Below the pieces are notes generated by a model. The model saw only the letters and a program-made list of their open reading frames with translations, did no database searches and had not been told where the DNA came from. The translations under genes were made by a program, and so were the position numbers. From Clostridiales bacterium (GTDB taxonomy: Bacteria; Bacillota; Clostridia; Christensenellales; UBA1242): a stretch of DNA of 64,000 nt. Location of the stretch: positions 112 to 64,111 of the forward strand of contig SVIR01000006.1 in the NCBI GenBank assembly GCA_015069395.1, read 5' to 3'. Below, piece by piece: positions 58,826 to 64,000 of this stretch; the stretch's first letter is position 1; each line of letters opens with the position of its first letter.

Positions 58826-60576
58826 TACAATTCCTCCTCTGACAATTGAGAAAGAGCAATTTCTTTGTAAAGTTCACAGTTCTCAATCAAATAATCGTGA
58901 GTTCCTTCTCCAACAATCTTTCCTTCGTCAATGACCAAAATCTTGTCAGCATTTCTGATAGTACCTATTCTTTGAGCAACTATCAGAATGGTTTTGTCTC
59001 CCAATTCTTTTTTAATGTTTTCTCTTACTTGTTTGTCTGTCTTATAATCCAATGCAGAAAAACTATCGTCAAAAATAATAATTTCAGAATCTTTAAAAAT
59101 AGCTCTTGCAATTGACAATCTTTGTTTTTGTCCTCCAGAGAAATTTGTCCCTCCTTGTGCAACTTCACTATGAATGCCCTTTTCTAACTTGTTCACAAAA
59201 TCTGCACTTGCAATTTCGAGAGCCTTTTGAATTCGTGGATCTTCGTCTGTAATTTGTTCTTTCGAGCCATAGGTGATATTTTCTTTTATATCTCCCTTAA
59301 ACAAAATCGCCTTCTGCGAAACTACTGCGATTTTATCTTGCAACTGCTCAAAATCATAATCTTTGACATTGACATCGTCTACTAAAATTTCTCCTGATGT
59401 AACGTCATTAAATCTAGGAATTAAGTCAATTATCGTAGTCTTTCCGCATCCTGTTGCACCAATCAAAGCAACTGTTTCACCTTGATTTGCTACAAATGAA
59501 ATGTTTGAAATGGCATCGTCAGTTCCATCAAAATAGCTAAAGGACACGTCTTTAAATTCTACTTTTCCTTTCACATCGTTTTGGTTTTGGCCCCCGAAAC
59601 CATTTTTCATTGACAATTCTGTATTTAAAACTTCGTTTATTCTTTTCATAGAAACTATAGCTCTTGGCAAAATGATAAAAATCATAATCAACATCATAAA
59701 TGCCATAACTACCTGCAAAGCATATTGGGTAAATGCCGTCATATTTCCGATTACAATTTCTCTTTCAATAATGGGTGCCTTGTTTACTAAATATGCTCCA
59801 ATCCAATAAATTGCAAGGGTCAACCCATTCATACAAATTGTCATAACCGGAGACATTATTCCTGTGACTTTTGAGGTGTATAAGTGATTTTTTGTAAGCT
59901 CATAGTTTGCTTTTTCAAATTTCTTTTCTTGATACTCTTCTGCATTAAAAGCCCTAACAACTCTTACCCCAGAGACATTTTCTCTGGTAGCATTATTTAA
60001 ATTGTCTACTAGTTTTTGAGCTTTCTTAAACTTGGAAATACATAGTCCAACAATTAACCCTACACAAATTACAATAATAGCCACACAAATAAATGTTGCA
60101 ACAGTCCACTCTACAGATGTCGAAGAAATTTTGCAAATAGCCCAAATAGCAAGCACTGGAGCTTTTATTAAAAATTGCAAGCCCATAGCCACAAACATTT
60201 GAATTTGAGAAACGTCATTTGTTGTCCTTGTGATAAGGCTTGGGGTTGAAAACTTTTTCATTTCTGCACTTGAAAAAGAAGAAATCTTTCCAAACATTTT
60301 CTCCTTAAGCTGTTTAGAAATCGAACTTGAAACTCTAGAGAGCAAAAAACTGCAAAGAATAGCACTTGCCAAGCTTCCAAATGCGCACAACAGCATCATT
60401 CCACCATTTGCCCAAACATCTTTCATTGTAACGCCACCTGAAGCTGCAGCAGTACTCAATTTGGCTGTATAGTCAGGCATTTTTAAATCCAACCACACTT
60501 GGACGACAATCAAACCTATTGCTAATACAACAAACAGCCAATCAATCTTTTTTAAACATTTCAGCACATTTTTCAT
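58825..60576 (-). CDS. ABC exporter fused permease/ATPase (heterodimer partner A)
   Basis: 6-TM domain. Walker A GATGCGKTT. Signature FSGGQKQ. Walker B IIFDDSFS. The ATG at 60576 is preceded by AGGGAGA. Confidence 0.9.
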   Translation of the reverse strand: MKNVLKCLKKIDWLFVVLAIGLIVVQVWLDLKMPDYTAKLSTAAASGGVTMKDVWANGGMMLLCAFGSLASAILCSFLLSRVSSSISKQLKEKMFGKISSFSSAEMKKFSTPSLITRTTNDVSQIQMFVAMGLQFLIKAPVLAIWAICKISSTSVEWTVATFICVAIIVICVGLIVGLCISKFKKAQKLVDNLNNATRENVSGVRVVRAFNAEEYQEKKFEKANYELTKNHLYTSKVTGIMSPVMTICMNGLTLAIYWIGAYLVNKAPIIEREIVIGNMTAFTQYALQVVMAFMMLIMIFIILPRAIVSMKRINEVLNTELSMKNGFGGQNQNDVKGKVEFKDVSFSYFDGTDDAISNISFVANQGETVALIGATGCGKTTIIDLIPRFNDVTSGEILVDDVNVKDYDFEQLQDKIAVVSQKAILFKGDIKENITYGSKEQITDEDPRIQKALEIASADFVNKLEKGIHSEVAQGGTNFSGGQKQRLSIARAIFKDSEIIIFDDSFSALDYKTDKQVRENIKKELGDKTILIVAQRIGTIRNADKILVIDEGKIVGEGTHDYLIENCELYKEIALSQLSEEEL

Positions 60577-60631
60577 TTGGTTTCTCCCTATCAATCTTAT
60601 AATTTTATGAAAACTTTTTTACATTCGTTCT

Positions 60632-61051
60632 TCATTTACACATAACATCTCTTATTTGTTGAGACGTTTCTATAAACGCTTCGACTTTTTCTATACCCAA
60701 TTCGTTGACAACCTTTGATATGTTATCAAAAATCTTTGCTTTGATCTTTTTTGCCTCCTTTTGTCCACAGTCACTAAGTTTTATCAACTCTTTTCTTGCG
60801 TCACTAGTGGATTTCTCCTTCAAAAGCAGCCCTTTTGAAATAAGTTTTTTTACAAGCATAGCAATCCTTGCTCTACTAATATGCATTTTTTCACTTATTT
60901 CAGTCGCATAAACCTCTTTTTCAGCGTCTAACAAATAAATCAAAATAAAACCCATACCAGAATTCATTTCGTCCAAATCTTTAAAGCTTTCAAAAGGTCT
61001 TATTTGCTTCATTTTTTCAATAATTTTCAATGTTTGTTCTTTTAAATTCAT
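60632..61051 (-). CDS. MarR family transcriptional regulator
   Basis: Winged-helix segment ATEISEKMHISRARIAMLVKKLISKGLL. It is the first gene of the ABC exporter operon. Confidence 0.8.
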   Translation of the reverse strand: MNLKEQTLKIIEKMKQIRPFESFKDLDEMNSGMGFILIYLLDAEKEVYATEISEKMHISRARIAMLVKKLISKGLLLKEKSTSDARKELIKLSDCGQKEAKKIKAKIFDNISKVVNELGIEKVEAFIETSQQIRDVMCK

Positions 61052-61104
61052 AAAAACCTCTTATGTTGCTAACGAGCCTTATTTTACAATGTTTATATTA
61101 TATT

Positions 61105-61121
61105 TGTCAACTAGGTTAACA
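61105..61121. promoter_or_regulatory. inverted repeat TGTCAAC-TAG-GTTAACA overlapping the -35 of the marR promoter (candidate MarR operator)
   Basis: A 7-3-7 near-palindrome with one mismatch. On the minus strand it overlaps the TTGACA of a TTGACA / 18-nt spacer / TAAAAT promoter, about 55 nt upstream of marR. Confidence 0.4.
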
Positions 61122-61285
61122 TATATTTTAAAAAAGTTTGTCAAAAAAAATAAGCCCTTTGCTTTAAACAACAACTATAATCATTTATTCAAATCGTCCC
61201 ATAAAAGACAATGAGAAAAACTGTCATAATTGACAGTTTTTTAGTCGAAAACAAGATTTCTAAGCAAAAACTGTAGTTTCTTGTT

Positions 61286-62164
<879 letters not shown>

Positions 62165-62288
62165 CTAAAAATTGACAATTTACATAAAACAAAACAATAT
62201 ACACAAAACATTAATATTGTTAAATCTGTTTAAACCTTTGACATAAAATTTTGTATTTTGTTATAATTAGACAAAAGTGAGGCTCAAT

Positions 62289-63161
62289 ATGACTGGATTC
62301 GACAAATTTATGCTCTTTTTACAAGGAGAAATGACCACTCCAACTTTGTTTAGTTGGTTTCATATAATGTGTTTGTGCATTTTAATCGCATCTTGCGTTA
62401 CTGTTTTCTTGCTTAGAAAGAGAATCTCTCAAAAAGCTGTAAACAACATTGTTTTAATTATAGGAATAATGTGTATAGTTTTTGAAATATACAAACAACT
62501 CGTCTTTAGTTACAATTATGAAGAAGGCGTTGGGGCAACTTGGGATTTTCAATGGTATGCATTCCCTTATCAATTTTGTTCTACTCCAATGTACTTGATG
62601 GTGCTTGCAGGCATTTTGAGAAAAGGGAAAGTTTATAATGCAATTATGGCATATCTAGCAACATTTTCAATGTTTGCAGGACTATGTGTAATGCTGTATC
62701 CAGGAAATGTCTTTATTTCAATGATAGGCATAAACATTCAAACAATGTTTTGCCATGGGACAATGTTCTTTGTTGCATTTTTGCTTTTAGCAACACGTGT
62801 TGTTCCAGTTAAATTTGAAACCGTTTTTAAAGGTCTTATCGTATTTGTTATTGTTCTTACAATCGCACTCTTACTCAATGTAATTTGGCATTATTGCGGA
62901 AACGAAGAAGACTTCAATATGTTCTACATAAGTCCTTTTGTTCCTTGTGACGAACTTCCTATTTTAAATATAATCAATGAAAAAGCTCCTTATATTGTGT
63001 ATTTGCTGTGTTACATTTTGGGCTTCACTTTGGCAGCATTCTTATTAATGTGCTTTGCAAAATTATTTAGAGTTTGGGAAGACTATGCAGGCAAATCAAA
63101 AATGTATACTGACGAGCTTGAAGCAAGCAAGATTATCAAAATTATTAAGTCTGATTTGTAA
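62289..63161 (+). CDS. polytopic membrane protein (YwaF/TIGR02206-like)
   Basis: The ATG at 62289 is preceded by GTGAGG. About 7 TM helices. The motif FPYQFCSTPMY resembles the lPLhlCs signature of the family. Distant paralogue of 11545..12459. Confidence 0.55.
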   Translation: MTGFDKFMLFLQGEMTTPTLFSWFHIMCLCILIASCVTVFLLRKRISQKAVNNIVLIIGIMCIVFEIYKQLVFSYNYEEGVGATWDFQWYAFPYQFCSTPMYLMVLAGILRKGKVYNAIMAYLATFSMFAGLCVMLYPGNVFISMIGINIQTMFCHGTMFFVAFLLLATRVVPVKFETVFKGLIVFVIVLTIALLLNVIWHYCGNEEDFNMFYISPFVPCDELPILNIINEKAPYIVYLLCYILGFTLAAFLLMCFAKLFRVWEDYAGKSKMYTDELEASKIIKIIKSDL

Positions 63162-63206
63162 AATTAAAAACAAACAACAAAAAGCAGAGAAAATATCTCT
63201 GCTTTT

Positions 63207-63494
63207 TTATATACCAATTTCTTTTCTGCAAGTATTGTACTTGTCAACGGTTGAAAACAAATATCTTTCTCTCTCGTCCTCTCCCAAAGAATTCAACACC
63301 TTCTCGTCCATAAGATATTGAATCGGATTTGTAACAACTTCATCTTGAGAAAGCAAATAAATGACTTTGGATTTAAATTCTTCGTCGTGATCTGAAATAA
63401 CTTTTATTTTAGCAGAAACGTTGTTTTCTCTACCTACCAATCTTCTTTTCGCCTTTTGCGCTATACTCTTCAAAACATCATTGTTGGATAACAT
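63207..63494 (-). CDS. hypothetical protein (95 aa)
   Basis: The ATG at 63494 is preceded by AAAAGGAGG and a TTGGAA / 17-nt spacer / TATAAT promoter. No recognisable motif. Confidence 0.55.
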   Translation of the reverse strand: MLSNNDVLKSIAQKAKRRLVGRENNVSAKIKVISDHDEEFKSKVIYLLSQDEVVTNPIQYLMDEKVLNSLGEDERERYLFSTVDKYNTCRKEIGI

Positions 63495-63672
63495 ATTTAA
63501 CCTCCTTTTTTGTACATAAAAATTATACAATAAAGATTATTTTATTCCAAAAAAGTTATAGTCGCAATTAATCCAATATTGTCGAAGATTGTTAATTATA
63601 GTCTATTCTAAAACTACCTATTTTTCAAATGAATAAATGCATATAAATAATTATGATTTTTTTATTTTTTTC

Positions 63673-63711
63673 CAAAAAAAACGAGTCCAAACAAAGAAAG
63701 GAGAGACTCGT
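63673..63711 (-). terminator. second terminator downstream of the 16S rRNA gene
   Basis: The minus strand reads AACGAGTCTC-loop-GGACTCGTT followed by TTTTTTTT. Confidence 0.65.
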
Positions 63712-63720
63712 TATGGAAAT

Positions 63721-63753
63721 AAAAAAAGAATGGAAACTGTCCATTCTTTTTTT
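63721..63753 (-). terminator. first terminator, about 90 nt downstream of the 16S 3' end
   Basis: The minus strand reads AAAAAAA-GAATGGA-CAGTT-TCCATTC-TTTTTTT. Confidence 0.75.
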
Positions 63754-63841
63754 AGTAATCAAATAGTTTTTAGAATCAAGTAAGTTATCTTGTTCTCTCT
63801 TTTCCTAACAAATCTCTTTGTTAGCTCGACCTATCTCTTTA

Positions 63842-64000
63842 AAAGGAGGTGATCCAGCGGCACCTTCCGATACCGCTACCTTGTTATGACTTCACCCCAG
63901 TCGCTGGCTTTACCTTAGACGGCTGCCCCCGATTTCTCGGTTAGCTCACCGGCTTTGGGTCCCTCCAACTCCCATGGCGTGACAGGCGGTGTGTACAAGA
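63842..64000 (-). rRNA. rrs: 16S rRNA gene, 3'-terminal about 160 nt (rest beyond window end)
   Basis: The reverse complement reads ...CTTGTACACACCGCCTGTCACGCCATGGGAG...GGGGTGAAGTCATAACAAGGTAGCGGTATCGGAAGGTGCCGCTGGATCACCTCCTTT. This covers helices 44/45 and the anti-SD CCTCC. Confidence 0.97.

Overview
AT-rich (about one-third G+C by eye) chromosomal core region of a low-GC Bacillota (Firmicutes/Clostridia-like) anaerobe. About four fifths of the genes are on the minus strand. I found no CRISPR array, IS element, integrase or prophage.

Recognisable content, left to right:
- Truncated comEC and an HD-domain hydrolase.
- A tightly coupled nrdD / trxB-like / nrdG operon (class III ribonucleotide reductase) with tandem NrdR-box-like sites.
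- M14 peptidase, NUDIX and PHP proteins, and tRNA-Ser.
- A stand-alone Spo0A-C-terminal-domain protein.
- A tRNA array of seven genes: Gly, Arg, His, Gln, Gln, Lys, Leu.
- A DapB-like reductase, an SLT lytic transglycosylase, and a DUF3343 / cysteine desulfurase pair.
- dnaG-rpoD, groES-groEL and xth.
- Two large lipoproteins, a CNNM/CorC transporter and a PflX-like radical SAM protein.
- An 800-aa membrane coiled-coil protein ending in four AT-hooks.
- addB-addA, and a yqzL-like small ORF followed by recO.
- A monocistronic tRNA-Ile(GAU).
- hydCBA, a trimeric bifurcating-type [FeFe] hydrogenase.
- Cardiolipin synthase and malQ.
- A marR plus two-gene ABC exporter operon.
- A collagen-like protein.
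- The 3' end of a 16S rRNA gene.

Most interesting observations:
1. NrdD is fused to a C-terminal CxxC redoxin domain. It is translationally coupled to a thioredoxin-reductase-like flavoprotein that lacks the NADPH-binding arginines. Together they could form a self-contained, possibly pyridine-nucleotide-independent, reductant chain for anaerobic dNTP synthesis.
2. Three dispersed genes share a Cys-containing N-terminal motif (M-x-RFN...NC). It is attached to a BclA-C/C1q-like jelly-roll, to a collagen stalk plus the same jelly-roll, and to a Cys/Asp/Lys-rich low-complexity protein. This could be a disulfide-crosslinked surface or spore-layer fibre set.
3. The 16S gene is transcriptionally isolated: two terminators follow it, there is no ITS or 23S, and tRNA-Ile(GAU) has been relocated. 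It also carries a compensatory U1404:A1497 change in the decoding-centre helix that mismatches universal primers.
4. A membrane-anchored AT-hook protein.
5. A tRNA-Gly(UCC) with C55 in place of the near-universal U55.

I did not find one clear-cut new system, and cannot name a function for several ORFs (785..1438, 14730..15572, 22080..23471, 28118..29130, 42524..43387).
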